Shown: positions 46,632-58,637 of the stretch, one piece after another
How the letters are laid out: every line of letters begins with the position of its first letter
Numbering within the stretch: position 1 is the first letter of the stretch
Source: an uncultured Alphaproteobacteria bacterium
GTDB lineage: Bacteria; Pseudomonadota; Alphaproteobacteria; Micavibrionales; UBA1664
Reading direction: 5' to 3'
DNA: 64,000 bases
Assembly (NCBI GenBank): GCA_943789475.1
Contig: CALSUG010000008.1
Span: 183,053-247,052 of the forward strand
The notes under the pieces: model-generated
What the model was told of the DNA's origin: nothing
Databases searched by the model: none
What the model saw: only the letters and a program-made list of their open reading frames with translations
Translations under genes and position numbers: made by a program

Positions 46632-48040
46632 GCGCTTGTTTGTTCGTTATTAAACCAGTCTCCGCCGAGTGCAAGGTATAGTGCTATGAGATTATTCCAG
46701 CGTGACTGATAAAGTTGATAAAGCCCTTGTTCGGCTAGATATCTACTCTGTTGAATATCTAAATAATTGTGCATGGTTTGGAGGCCGTTGTCATATCTGT
46801 TTTTTGTAAAATTTTCAGATTTTCGTAAGGCGTGGAGTGATTGTTTTTGATGTTTCACCTGTTGATTCAAGTGATCGTTTGCCATTAGTGCTGTTTCTAC
46901 CTCAGTCATGGCGTTCAACACTGTTTCGCTATAGGAGAGGCTCATCTCTCGTGCTTCAGCCTCTTTTAAACGAACGTTGGAACGTAACTTTCCACCTTCA
47001 AAAAGGCGAGTAGTGATCGCGCCGAGTAGTGATCCTGCTAATTTTTCAGCAGTAAAAAATTGACTGTCATCAGTGCTATTAAACCCTAATGAACCAGCAA
47101 TAGATGTAGTTGGGTATAGATCTGCAACAGCAACATCAATGCCTAACTTTGATGCCTGTAAACGTAGAGCGGATGATTTAAGGTCTGGGCGCCTATCCAA
47201 TAAATCCATGGGGAGGCACTGTGCCACATCAATTTTTGAAGGAAATGTTGTTAAATTTTGATTATCTATTTTTGTGGTGCCTGGTGTTTGTCCCAAAAGA
47301 ACATCAATGGCATATAAATTTTCATTCAAAATACGTTTGAAATCTTGTGCATCAGCTTTTGCAGACGTTAATGCCGATTGTGCCGCGTACATATCGCCTG
47401 TTGTTGTACTGGCAACTCCACCGTTATAACGGCGCTTAACGAGATTTAAAACCTGTTGACGGTTGTCGATACTTTTTTGTGTAATGGATAATAGTTTTTG
47501 ATAAGTCGCTATGGCAATATGTTTGGTTACTAATTCTGCAATTAAGGAATGTTTTAAGGCTTCTTGATCGTATTGTGTGGCCTCAAGGGAGGATTGTGCA
47601 GATCTTTCCTGGTTGGAAATTTTCCCGAACAAATCTAGTTGCCATGAAGATGTTAGTGATGTTGATAACGTATTTGAGAAGGCTCGTGATCCATTCGCAG
47701 AAGGGTTTGAAAATGACCTTCCTCCTTGCATATCAATACCCAGAGCTGGCGATTTTCCACCGCGAATAATATTGACACTCTCTTGAGCCTGTTTAATGCG
47801 CTCAAATCCTTTTTTTATAGCTAAATTTTTGTTTAACAATACATCGATGTTTTGGGAAAGTTCATCACCTTCTATTCGATTCCACCAATGGGACATGGGT
47901 TTTTCATTTATTTGTTCAGGCAGTTGTGTCTGATATGTGTTAGTTTTTAAAAACCCTAAATAAGGTCGCGCAAAATCGGTGGCTGTTGTGCAACTGCTTA
48001 ATATAATTCCAGACAATGCAATAGTATAAAAACGTTTCAC
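46607..48040 (-). CDS. efflux outer-membrane factor lipoprotein (NodT family)
   Basis: Lipobox LSSC at the N-terminus and a duplicated OEP-type repeat pattern. Confidence 0.8.
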   Translation of the reverse strand: MKRFYTIALSGIILSSCTTATDFARPYLGFLKTNTYQTQLPEQINEKPMSHWWNRIEGDELSQNIDVLLNKNLAIKKGFERIKQAQESVNIIRGGKSPALGIDMQGGRSFSNPSANGSRAFSNTLSTSLTSSWQLDLFGKISNQERSAQSSLEATQYDQEALKHSLIAELVTKHIAIATYQKLLSITQKSIDNRQQVLNLVKRRYNGGVASTTTGDMYAAQSALTSAKADAQDFKRILNENLYAIDVLLGQTPGTTKIDNQNLTTFPSKIDVAQCLPMDLLDRRPDLKSSALRLQASKLGIDVAVADLYPTTSIAGSLGFNSTDDSQFFTAEKLAGSLLGAITTRLFEGGKLRSNVRLKEAEAREMSLSYSETVLNAMTEVETALMANDHLNQQVKHQKQSLHALRKSENFTKNRYDNGLQTMHNYLDIQQSRYLAEQGLYQLYQSRWNNLIALYLALGGDWFNNEQTSACHQGTTP

Positions 48041-48132
48041 TATTTAATATATAAAGATTATTTTTGACCAAAGCTATAAAAAGGCTAGACTGGATCAAAA
48101 GTTATACACTGATTACCAAGGATAAAAAGATA

Positions 48133-49164
48133 ATGAAGATACTTCATACAATGGCAGGGGGAAAAGCAGGTGGCGCCGAAATGGCATATGTAGATTTGCT
48201 TATCGCACAACACCGTGCCGGCATGGATGTTATGGCTGCATGCCGTCCAAACGATCAACGTGTTCCGTTGTTACGTAATGCAGGGGTGAAAACAGTTGAA
48301 TTTCCATTTGGTGGAATGTTTGATTTTAAAACGACACGTGGATTGAAAAAATTAATCCAAAATGAAAAACCCGATATTGTTCAATGTTGGATGTCCCGCG
48401 CGGCGAAATTGACGCCAAAGGTTGATGGTTGTGTAAAGATCGCCCGCCTTGGTGGATATTATAATTTGAAATATTATAAAACGGTTGAACATTTTATTGG
48501 CAATACACCTGATATTTGTCGATGGTTGAGTGAAGAGCAAAATGTAGATAAATCCTACACCCACCACATTAATAATTTTGCGGAATTAGAGCCTGTTGAG
48601 ACACATGTATCAAAGGCGGATTTTGATACAGATGAGAGTGAATATACTTTCTTATCAATGGCAAGATTGCATCATGTTAAGGGGTTGGATACGGCACTTG
48701 AGGCGCTGGTAAAAGTTGAAGGTGCGGTTTTATGGATTGCAGGCGACGGACCAGATGCAGAAAAATTAAAACAAATGGCAAAAGATTTGGGCGTTGATGA
48801 TCGTGTTAGGTGGTTGGGGTGGAGAACGGATCGTTCCGCATTATTTGATGCATGTGATTGCGTGTTGTTTCCATCACGTTTTGAACCATTTGGCGGTACA
48901 TTTGCGCAAGCGTGGGCCGCGAAGAAACCATTGGTTACAACGGCATCACAAGGGCCATCACAATATGTAACCCATGGTGAGGATGCGTTATTATCTCCGA
49001 TTAATGATGTTGATGCATTGGCAAATCATATGAATATGGTGGTGAATGATAAACACCTACAACGTCAATTGGTGCGTAATGGATATAAAGCCTTCCAAGA
49101 CCAGTTTACAATCAAAATTGTATTAGAAAATTATAAAAATTTATATTCATCTATTTTACCCTAA
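48133..49164 (+). CDS. glycosyltransferase family 4
   Basis: MKILHTMAGGKAGGAE N-terminus and FPSRFEPFGGTFAQAWAAKKPLV (EX7E-type region). Start moved from the track TTG 48064 to ATG 48133. Confidence 0.75.
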   Translation: MKILHTMAGGKAGGAEMAYVDLLIAQHRAGMDVMAACRPNDQRVPLLRNAGVKTVEFPFGGMFDFKTTRGLKKLIQNEKPDIVQCWMSRAAKLTPKVDGCVKIARLGGYYNLKYYKTVEHFIGNTPDICRWLSEEQNVDKSYTHHINNFAELEPVETHVSKADFDTDESEYTFLSMARLHHVKGLDTALEALVKVEGAVLWIAGDGPDAEKLKQMAKDLGVDDRVRWLGWRTDRSALFDACDCVLFPSRFEPFGGTFAQAWAAKKPLVTTASQGPSQYVTHGEDALLSPINDVDALANHMNMVVNDKHLQRQLVRNGYKAFQDQFTIKIVLENYKNLYSSILP

Positions 49165-49283
49165 ATGCAATAAAGTTTCTTTTTTATAGTTTTTAATTTT
49201 ATTAAAACTTAAAAACTTGCATTTGTTATTTTTATATGTTAACGTTTTGTTAACTAATAATAACAAAACAGGTGAGGTATTCT

Positions 49284-50252
49284 ATGGATGGATCAAGGAT
49301 TATTGGTAGCGAAAAAAATATTACGAGAAACGCTCGTGAGAGAATTGAAAAGCTAGGAATTAATTGTACATCTTTTATGGTTGCTTATAAAACGATCAAT
49401 AAAGCAAAAGAACGTGGAGAAAAAATAACAGAGGAATATGTAACGCGTACGGCTGAAGCGTTTTCACTTACTTTTGATCAGTATCGAATTGCAAAAGGAT
49501 ATTATGAAGATTTACTGTGTGATAACAAGGTTATTATCACAACGCCTTCCCCTAAGTTAACTGGGAGTTTGCCATCCTTTATGACAGGTGCAAAAGGACA
49601 ATCGAAAATTCATGAGGTTACCGCACGAATGCTGTTAACGAAGTGCGCGGCGGATGTTTTGCAAAAAATAGATGCTGAATATGAACACGCTTCATGTGAA
49701 ATCACACAAGACATCTTGAAAGAAGTAGAGCTGTCACGTGATGATCAATCTAAGGTTATAGCGGCTATTGATTTGGCAAATAAGGTGAAAAAAGAAAAAT
49801 CATCAATTTTATCTGTGACTAATAGTGCATTTGAATCAACGTCGGATGATATTTCATTTCGAATGTTAATGGATGAATTTCGACAAAAAATTCAGGGTGA
49901 AATTCTTAGGGAAGATCAGCCGAAAGCAATGACAGGTGTTGATCTTGATTTTTCTAAAAAATCTATCGATGCAGTAAATGATTTGTTAGGCATTGCTCAG
50001 GAAAGAAATCGAAGATTACAACCGTCTGATATTGTGAACGATCTTGGGTTTGTTAAGGACAATCCTGTAGTGAGTAAATTCTTATCAGATGTATATTTGT
50101 TGAGCCAGCGCGATGATGAAGGCGATAAATTGAAAAAGCTTGATGATTTTACAGATAAGTTTGTGATAAAGATGAATCCAGTGGTGGCACACCCATCTAT
50201 GCGTATTGCAAAACCAGCCAATGATGATAGGGCACACCATCGGCACGTATAA
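49284..50252 (+). CDS. hypothetical protein (322 aa)
   Basis: ORF with RBS GGTGAGG before ATG 49284 (track start GTG 49272); no motif recognised. Confidence 0.45.
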   Translation: MDGSRIIGSEKNITRNARERIEKLGINCTSFMVAYKTINKAKERGEKITEEYVTRTAEAFSLTFDQYRIAKGYYEDLLCDNKVIITTPSPKLTGSLPSFMTGAKGQSKIHEVTARMLLTKCAADVLQKIDAEYEHASCEITQDILKEVELSRDDQSKVIAAIDLANKVKKEKSSILSVTNSAFESTSDDISFRMLMDEFRQKIQGEILREDQPKAMTGVDLDFSKKSIDAVNDLLGIAQERNRRLQPSDIVNDLGFVKDNPVVSKFLSDVYLLSQRDDEGDKLKKLDDFTDKFVIKMNPVVAHPSMRIAKPANDDRAHHRHV

Positions 50253-50296
50253 GCTTTGGCCGTGTCGCTAAAATTTTAACACAAGCCGCGGCTGTA

Positions 50297-50929
50297 TTGC
50301 TTGTTAGTGCATCAAATCTGTTTAATGGTTCTGCACAAAAAGTGGATACAAATACAGCATCGTTCACGAGCGCTCTTGGCGTTATTGAAACTATATTGCC
50401 GGCACGAGGTGATACGCATGATGGGCCATCAATATTTCAACTGAGCGCTCCTTTGTCCGCGCCCAATATAATTGTTAAAGATGTTGATGAACCTGTATCA
50501 ATAGGTGTTTTACCTATGCCTTTACTAACATTGGCGAAAGCCTTTGAAAGTGAGGTGGCTGTTCCCGAATCTGCGAAGGAATCATCACAACCAAAATTGG
50601 ATGTGGATAATGTGGTGGGTCGTATTTTGTATGCATATGAGGGCGATGTATCACTTTCTATGCATCAACAACTTTTAAAAATTGATGACGGACTATTAGC
50701 GGATAATGATAATGTAACGTTAATGGGAACGTATGATGCAATGTTAATGATGGTAAAAGATGGTAAAGTGGATTTGGCTAAAAAAATATCAAATCTTATT
50801 GTAGAAAAAGATCCTGATCTGAAAACACATGCGGGAAAGTTGGCGCAAGAGGCGCAAGACAACTGGGGGGTTGTGATTGCAAATTTAGCACCAGAAGAAA
50901 TGAACAATAAGCGCTTGGTTTTATCGTAA
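50297..50929 (+). CDS. hypothetical protein (210 aa)
   Basis: Track ORF (TTG start); no motif recognised. Confidence 0.35.
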   Translation: MLVSASNLFNGSAQKVDTNTASFTSALGVIETILPARGDTHDGPSIFQLSAPLSAPNIIVKDVDEPVSIGVLPMPLLTLAKAFESEVAVPESAKESSQPKLDVDNVVGRILYAYEGDVSLSMHQQLLKIDDGLLADNDNVTLMGTYDAMLMMVKDGKVDLAKKISNLIVEKDPDLKTHAGKLAQEAQDNWGVVIANLAPEEMNNKRLVLS

Positions 50930-51892
50930 TTGATAAAGTTTCTTTAATAGCAAAGCCGTCACAATAAACGCGCCTGCCTGATGCATCGCGGCGGTATGAA
51001 TGTGAACATGTGTCATGATCGTTGCAATGCCAAGGCCAAATTGCAATATCACCATATGGGCAAGTCCATGTGATTTGATCCGCCATGCAAAGGCGATAAT
51101 AGTCATCATTGTGACCATCGCCAACCATCGATGGGTGAAGTGAATCGCCTCAGCATTATTTAAAAAATCATTGAACAGATTGTTGGGAACCATCACACCT
51201 TGATACATATGTGGCCATGATGATGATACCAACCCCGCGTCCATACCCGCCATAAACGCACCCCAAATAATGGTGATGGATAATAATGCCATTGATATCC
51301 ATCCATGACGTTTAATGCAAAATGATGTTTCACGTTGTTCAATATTTGATAGCTTGAATGCCACCCATAACAAACATGCAAAGATGACAAAGGCCAATGA
51401 TAAATGCGCTGCCAATCGATAATGCGATACGGATGGTTGATCGACAAGTCCGCTCAACACCATGATATATCCCATCACACCTTGCATGCCGCCAAGAATG
51501 AGAAGACCAAATAATAGCGATTTGTACCCGTTAGGTATCCAATTTTTAATCCAGAAAATGACCAATGGAACGGCATAAACAAGACCGATTAATCGCCCCC
51601 ATAATCGGTGAAACCATTCCCAAAAAAAGATGTTTTTAAATTCGGATAATGACATACCCACATTCACCTTTTGATATTCGGGCGTTTCACGGTATAGGGC
51701 AAATACACGTTCCCATTCCGCCGCGTTTAATGGTGGTAATGCGCCGATTAATGGTCGCCATTCGACGATGGATAATCCACTTTCGGTTAATCGTGTGACC
51801 GCGCCAATCACCGCCATGCAAAACACCATAAAGGCGTTAAAATATAACCAATTACGAATGATATTATTGTGCGGTGATGTGTGTGTGGTCAT
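50921..51892 (-). CDS. ctaA: heme A synthase (COX15/CtaA)
   Basis: TRLTESGLSIVEWRP and multiple TM His residues. Start taken at ATG 51890-51892; the track's longer N-terminus overlaps the FNR gene. Confidence 0.8.
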   Translation of the reverse strand: MTTHTSPHNNIIRNWLYFNAFMVFCMAVIGAVTRLTESGLSIVEWRPLIGALPPLNAAEWERVFALYRETPEYQKVNVGMSLSEFKNIFFWEWFHRLWGRLIGLVYAVPLVIFWIKNWIPNGYKSLLFGLLILGGMQGVMGYIMVLSGLVDQPSVSHYRLAAHLSLAFVIFACLLWVAFKLSNIEQRETSFCIKRHGWISMALLSITIIWGAFMAGMDAGLVSSSWPHMYQGVMVPNNLFNDFLNNAEAIHFTHRWLAMVTMMTIIAFAWRIKSHGLAHMVILQFGLGIATIMTHVHIHTAAMHQAGAFIVTALLLKKLYQLR

Positions 51893-52064
51893 GATTTTTC
51901 CAAATCTCGTATAAATTGTAATTGTTGGCTTAATGCGCGTTGCAAATCTAACATGACTTTTGATCGCATGCCATGGGTTGTCGCATTTTGTGATGAGCGT
52001 GATTTTCTGGCCGTACTTTTTGGGCATTTTTTTATAGTATAACGGCTTTTTATTGCTTTTATAA

Positions 52065-53132
<1,068 letters not shown>

Positions 53133-53135
53133 GCA

Positions 53136-53942
53136 ATGATGATCCAAAAACAACAACCAAAATATTTTGAAATTATTCGTGCGCTTAAAAAAGGCGGGCT
53201 TAGCCTATGGCTAAACCGTCGCACACTATCATCCATGATGATTGTGCCCGTGATTGTGACATTTATCACATTAATGATGACGCGTATGGATGGGGCCAAT
53301 GATCTGTCACCATTCATGTTGGCATTGGTTCAAATTCCGGCTGACTTTGTAACAGGTATATTTTGTGCATTGATTATTGTTATAATCATGAATGCGCCAA
53401 AGAAAAAAGATGATGGTGCGCCCGTTGTATTCGCGTTGAATATTATGGAGAAGAAGACGGTGATGATTACCGCGGCAATCGCGCATGTTGTTTTCGGATA
53501 TTTTACGGCGGGATTATACGGCGTCATGCAAATGATCGCCGAACCAATGCAACAAGCGGCCGAGGCGCAACAATCATTACCAACGGACAGTTTGATTATT
53601 TTAATCGGATTATTAACGATAGGGTTTTATATCGTTCGTTTTATGATGCTTCCGATTTTGTTGGTGTCTGAAATGGATATTAAATCATTTTTTAAAACAC
53701 ATATGTCATTTGGATTTTCTGCGCCAATATTTTTGGTAAAATTTGCATCAACAACGGCAATTGGATTATTTGTTTATGTGTTGATGAGCGGATTGTTGAT
53801 GGGGCATGACGGAGATGCCGCGCTAACACCAATACAAGGTGGAGTAATAGATTTTGCAACGGCAATCGCCAGTGTGATTGCAACCGCATGGGCGTATGCA
53901 TCCTTGTGTGTTGGTTTGCGTCAAATGATCGAGAAAGAATAA
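53136..53942 (+). CDS. hypothetical integral membrane protein
   Basis: Several hydrophobic spans; no motif recognised. Confidence 0.5.
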   Translation: MMIQKQQPKYFEIIRALKKGGLSLWLNRRTLSSMMIVPVIVTFITLMMTRMDGANDLSPFMLALVQIPADFVTGIFCALIIVIIMNAPKKKDDGAPVVFALNIMEKKTVMITAAIAHVVFGYFTAGLYGVMQMIAEPMQQAAEAQQSLPTDSLIILIGLLTIGFYIVRFMMLPILLVSEMDIKSFFKTHMSFGFSAPIFLVKFASTTAIGLFVYVLMSGLLMGHDGDAALTPIQGGVIDFATAIASVIATAWAYASLCVGLRQMIEKE

Positions 53943-53947
53943 GCGGC

Positions 53948-54265
53948 ATGCAAATTAATGTGACGGATCAGAACGGAAAACGCCATGAATTGGAAGCAAT
54001 CGAAGGGTGGCAAATCATGGAAATTATCCGTGATTATGGTTTGCCTATAAAGGCAGAATGCGGCGGGTCATGTTGTTGTGCCACATGTCATGTTTATGTG
54101 ACTGGTGATTGGTTGGATAAATTATATCCAATGCGTGATGATGAAGATGACATGTTGGACGAAACATTTGACCGTGAGGATAATTCACGCCTGTCATGCC
54201 AATTGATCATGAGTGAAGAATTAGATGGGATTGAACTCACGCTGTCCGACGGCGCACGGCCTTAA
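53948..54265 (+). CDS. fdx: 2Fe-2S ferredoxin (adrenodoxin type)
   Basis: ECGGSCCCATCHV cluster motif plus a distal Cys (LSCQ). Start taken at MQINVTDQNG. Confidence 0.85.
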   Translation: MQINVTDQNGKRHELEAIEGWQIMEIIRDYGLPIKAECGGSCCCATCHVYVTGDWLDKLYPMRDDEDDMLDETFDREDNSRLSCQLIMSEELDGIELTLSDGARP

Positions 54266-54366
54266 CAATCTATTTGAATTTTTCTTTCGAGCGTCGTTAT
54301 TCTTCGCTCGCGTATTGGCCATACGCGTCACTCATCATGCCTAGCCGAAAAACAAATTGAAACGGA

Positions 54367-55539
54367 TTAAATTTTTTTAGTTTTAGTTGCATTCTTCACA
54401 TTGTTCCAAAATTCAGACCTGATTTTGGATAAGGTTTCATTTTTGTATTTTTTCGCTGTTTCGTAATTTTGATGAGATTGTACGGTTCGTAATTCATCAT
54501 CATCTAGTAATTTTTCAATTTTGTCGGCGAGCATTTTTGCGTCACCTTTTTTAACGATGAGATCATCTGAAATTAATTCAGGGATACCACCTGCGTTTGA
54601 CCCAATCGCGGGTAAACCTTGCGCCATTGCCTCGATCATCGCGCGGGGGACACCTTCTTGAAAACTGGGTTGGATGTATAGATCAAGATCACGTAACCAT
54701 TCCCAAACATTTTTTCCACTTTCGCGAATGCCATCTAAATGAATATGCGATGATAAACCAAGGGCATTTACCTTGTCCTGATACGGTTTTGGGTCGCCAG
54801 GACCTAGGATATGTAATGTGAAATGATCTTTATCACGGGTGTGCAATAAGCGGACGGCTTCTATTGCCACATCCACACCTTTTAATTTGTTTTTTAGTGT
54901 TCCAATGAGGCCAATTTTATAATGTTTTTTGGGACTTATTTTAATCTGTTTAAATGCATCATCTGTAATTTGAACATTCGATGCTTGTGCCACAATATTG
55001 GCACGAGTGGGATAACGATTTTGTAAAAATTTTTGTGTTACATAAATGACGGCATCCGAATTTTTTGTAATTTTAAGCGCTAATAAAAAACGCCATGGTG
55101 CATATACTTTGGCAAGTAATGATCCGTGATTCCACAATTCATCCCATGCGCATGATACCATTTCGAGCGCAATAAATTTGTTTTGTTTTTTCGCTTCGTT
55201 ATATGCCATTGTGCCAAGTTCGCTTATTCCACGTAAAATAATGACGTCATTATTTGACACTAATGTTGCAATTTTTTGTTTTAAATCTTTACGATCTAAC
55301 AATCCTTTTAACGAATTTTTATTTTGAAACAGATTAAATTTTACGTTGTCACATGATGCGATGTTAATACCATTTTCATCTTGTGATGCATGTCCACCAT
55401 CACGACCAACAACGGTTAAATCATCAAAATGATTGAAGTAACGATCCCAAACGGAGTGATGATACTGACCTTTTGATAATGTTGTTCCGTCATCACTCAT
55501 GTAATAAAAATGATCGTGAACAAATAGTACTTTCATCAA
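54367..55539 (-). CDS. glycosyltransferase family 4
   Basis: QPSFQEGVPRAMIEAMAQGLPAIGS (EX7E region). Confidence 0.75.
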   Translation of the reverse strand: MMKVLFVHDHFYYMSDDGTTLSKGQYHHSVWDRYFNHFDDLTVVGRDGGHASQDENGINIASCDNVKFNLFQNKNSLKGLLDRKDLKQKIATLVSNNDVIILRGISELGTMAYNEAKKQNKFIALEMVSCAWDELWNHGSLLAKVYAPWRFLLALKITKNSDAVIYVTQKFLQNRYPTRANIVAQASNVQITDDAFKQIKISPKKHYKIGLIGTLKNKLKGVDVAIEAVRLLHTRDKDHFTLHILGPGDPKPYQDKVNALGLSSHIHLDGIRESGKNVWEWLRDLDLYIQPSFQEGVPRAMIEAMAQGLPAIGSNAGGIPELISDDLIVKKGDAKMLADKIEKLLDDDELRTVQSHQNYETAKKYKNETLSKIRSEFWNNVKNATKTKKI

Positions 55540-56643
55540 TTATGTCCGTTGGTATTTGTGAAGTTGAAACAGGCCATATGCAATAGGGATGATTGGCACA
55601 ATGTAGAGTGAAATATTCATGAGTGATAAATCGCGGGCTTCATTATACATGACAATGTGGATGGCCTGCACCGCAATGATGAGTATTCCAGATTGAATTA
55701 AAGGTTTCGTGTGATTGCGTCTGTTCCATTGACACATGAACATGAAATAAATAACCATGATTGTGAAACCTAAATATAAAAATGGTGTTGTAATGCGCTT
55801 GTGAATTTCGGCAACAAATTCATCATTTTTTGAAATGTCACGTGGGTGACCTGTTTCTTTTGAAATGAATAATTTTTCAAACGTTCTTTCGTCGGGTTCT
55901 TTCCATCGCACTCCAACTGTGTCTCTTTGCGCGGGAATGTCGAGTGTGTATTGAGAAAAATCTAATCGTGATATGTTGTCACTGTTTTGATCTGCTTGAT
56001 ATTGTGTTCCGTCATAAACAAGTAATTGTTGTTTATCATCGGTGATATTAACGATTCCACGCTTGGCAATAATGGTTGTGTCTTTACCCTCGTTCAATGA
56101 TCCTCGTGTATCGTGAATCAGGAGATTTAAAAGTTCGTTATTTCCACGTCTCGTTTCGACAAAGGCGGTTAATCCCTTGCTGATATTATTAAAAACACCT
56201 TCACGAAACATGAGGGTTGCATAATGACTTTGTACATCGCCACGTGTTTTTTGAAGCTGTTCTACGGCCAATGGTGAGATCCATGCGGACATGACGAATT
56301 GAAGTCCCATCATAAAAAATGAGAAGACAAAAAAACCACGGCCAAGTTTTGTGATGGATGCTCCTGCCGCCGTCATAATAATGCTTTCGCGATCTTGAAC
56401 CATTTTATGGGCGGTATAAATTGTCCCGATTGCAAAGGCAAGGGGGAGGATCGCCTCTAAAAATTTTGGAATAGCCAATCCCATCATGACAAGAAAATAA
56501 AGGATGGATGCATCGCTGCTGATTACTAATTCTAAGAAACGAATAGATTGGGTTAAAAGAATGATAAGGGTAAGCGAGAGCGCCGTCACAAATGTACTTG
56601 CACCTAATAATTTTAAAACATATTTGTCAAAAACGGATATCAC
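55540..56643 (-). CDS. lptF: LPS export ABC transporter permease (YjgP/YjgQ family, LptF-like)
   Basis: Six-TM layout with a central periplasmic domain. It lies divergent to pepA-holC, as in many proteobacteria. Confidence 0.7.
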   Translation of the reverse strand: MISVFDKYVLKLLGASTFVTALSLTLIILLTQSIRFLELVISSDASILYFLVMMGLAIPKFLEAILPLAFAIGTIYTAHKMVQDRESIIMTAAGASITKLGRGFFVFSFFMMGLQFVMSAWISPLAVEQLQKTRGDVQSHYATLMFREGVFNNISKGLTAFVETRRGNNELLNLLIHDTRGSLNEGKDTTIIAKRGIVNITDDKQQLLVYDGTQYQADQNSDNISRLDFSQYTLDIPAQRDTVGVRWKEPDERTFEKLFISKETGHPRDISKNDEFVAEIHKRITTPFLYLGFTIMVIYFMFMCQWNRRNHTKPLIQSGILIIAVQAIHIVMYNEARDLSLMNISLYIVPIIPIAYGLFQLHKYQRT

Positions 56644-56708
56644 GCTTGCTTGGCCTTTTGTTCTCGCTATACTTTATATACGAATTCATTTTTTATAAGG
56701 ATATACAG

Positions 56709-58187
56709 ATGCCAGCGATAATTCAATTCACGAAATCATGTTCAAAAACAATTGATACAATTGTTGTGCCGATCGTCGATGGAAAGGTTACTGCATTAAA
56801 AGATGTTGTGAGTGCACCAGTATTGAAAAAAATGAAATCATGTATCACGGATAAGAATGGTTGTTTTGATGGGAAACATGGGTCATGCGTTCAATTTTCA
56901 TCTAATGATAAGGATAAATTCACGACATATATTTTGGTGGCGGTTGATAAAGGATCAAAGGCGCTAGATCTTGAAAAAATTGGTGGAAAGATATGTGTTT
57001 ATCTGTCAGCCAATAAAATTAAAACGGCGGCAGTGTTGGATGTTCTAAAGGCCGAAGACGTCGCGGCATTGGCCAACGGTTTTTACCTGCGTTCATATAA
57101 ATTCATGAAATATAAAACGGATGATAAGGCGAAAGTACAAGATATCACATTGAAAATTGCATGCGACAAAAAGGCGAATGCCGATCGTGAATTTACAAAA
57201 ATGAAATCAATTTCTGATGCCGTATTTTTTGCCCGTGATGTGGTGAGTGAACCACCTAACGCGTTGTATCCAGAATCATACGCGAAAGAGATCAAAAAAA
57301 CATTACGCGGATTGGGCGTTAAAATCACCGTTTTGGATGATAAAAAATTGGACAAAATGGGCGCGGGTGCATTGACGGCGGTTGGAAAAGGGTCAGACCG
57401 TAAACCACGTTTGGTTATTGTTGAATATGATGGCCGTTCGAAAAAGGTAAAAGGCGAAAAACCAATCGCCTTGGTTGGTAAGGGCGTGACATATGATACG
57501 GGTGGATATTCATTAAAACCTGGTGGATCCATGGAGAAAATGAAAATGGACATGGGTGGTTCGGCCGCAATGATTGGTACGATGAAGGCCTTGGCCGCAA
57601 ATAAGGTTGATACATATGTTGTTGCTGTTGTTGCATTAGCCGAAAATATGATTGCGGGTAATGCGTACCGCGTGGATGATGTTTTAACATCGCTGTCTGG
57701 TAAAACAATTGAGGTGATTAATACAGATGCCGAGGGACGTTTATGTTTGGCCGACGCATTGACTTATGTGCAGGATAAATATGATCCATCGGTTGTGGTT
57801 GATGCCGCGACATTAACGGGTGCATGTATGGGTGCATTGGGCACAGACATGGCAGGTGTATTTTCAAATGATAAAAAATTGGAAACATCATTTTGGAAAA
57901 ACGGTGATGTGACGGGCGATCATTTTTGGCCTCTGCCCGTGAATGATGATTTTGATAAACAAATTGAATCTCCTATTGCTGATATGCGTAACCTTGGTAC
58001 ATCGCGTCTTGGTGGTGCATCAACGGCGGCGGTTTTTTTGCGTCGTTTTATTACAAATGATCGTCCATGGGCGCATTTGGATATTGCCGGTACCGCGTGG
58101 GCGGAAAAGGATTATGATTTAATACCAAAGGGTGCAAGCGGATTTGGTGTGCGTGCACTATATCATTGGGTATCGAATTATAAATAA
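56709..58187 (+). CDS. pepA: leucyl aminopeptidase (M17)
   Basis: VGKGVTYDTGG and NTDAEGRL motifs. Start taken at ATG 56709. Confidence 0.9.
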   Translation: MPAIIQFTKSCSKTIDTIVVPIVDGKVTALKDVVSAPVLKKMKSCITDKNGCFDGKHGSCVQFSSNDKDKFTTYILVAVDKGSKALDLEKIGGKICVYLSANKIKTAAVLDVLKAEDVAALANGFYLRSYKFMKYKTDDKAKVQDITLKIACDKKANADREFTKMKSISDAVFFARDVVSEPPNALYPESYAKEIKKTLRGLGVKITVLDDKKLDKMGAGALTAVGKGSDRKPRLVIVEYDGRSKKVKGEKPIALVGKGVTYDTGGYSLKPGGSMEKMKMDMGGSAAMIGTMKALAANKVDTYVVAVVALAENMIAGNAYRVDDVLTSLSGKTIEVINTDAEGRLCLADALTYVQDKYDPSVVVDAATLTGACMGALGTDMAGVFSNDKKLETSFWKNGDVTGDHFWPLPVNDDFDKQIESPIADMRNLGTSRLGGASTAAVFLRRFITNDRPWAHLDIAGTAWAEKDYDLIPKGASGFGVRALYHWVSNYK

Positions 58188-58637
58188 ATGACCGATATTC
58201 GTTTTTATCATATGGAACAAGCAACATTGGATCAGGCATTGCCGATGATCGTGATGAAGGCATGGCAATCGGGTGAAAATGTCATGGTGCGTGTTCCTGA
58301 TAAACGCGAGGCGTCACGGTTGAATGATTTGTTATGGTCGTTCCGCGCCGACAGTTTTATTCCCCATGGCATGGATGGTGATAAAAATGCCGATCAACAA
58401 CCTGTGTTCGTGACCGCAAATGATGATAATGCTAATGATGCGAACATCCTTATCCTAACCCATGGATGTACATATCCATCGGTAGCAGATTTTAAAATGA
58501 CATGTGAAATGTTGGATGGGCGTGTACAAAGTCAAATTGCGGATGCTCGAGGTCGATGGAAAGAATATAAAAATGATGGCCATGACCTTACCTATTGGCA
58601 ACAAGACGAAAATGGCAAATGGGGTAAAAAGGCTTAG
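58188..58637 (+). CDS. holC: DNA polymerase III chi subunit
   Basis: FYHM..., LNDLLWSF....FIPHG pattern; position after pepA. Confidence 0.75.
   Translation: MTDIRFYHMEQATLDQALPMIVMKAWQSGENVMVRVPDKREASRLNDLLWSFRADSFIPHGMDGDKNADQQPVFVTANDDNANDANILILTHGCTYPSVADFKMTCEMLDGRVQSQIADARGRWKEYKNDGHDLTYWQQDENGKWGKKA

Noticed and set aside
42310-48040. The RND pump/MFP/OMF operon considered as the exporter for the RTX protein or for the cluster product.
   Set aside because: RTX proteins use ABC-type T1SS, not RND pumps. The operon is in core DNA and looks like an ordinary multidrug-type efflux system, and nothing links it to the island.
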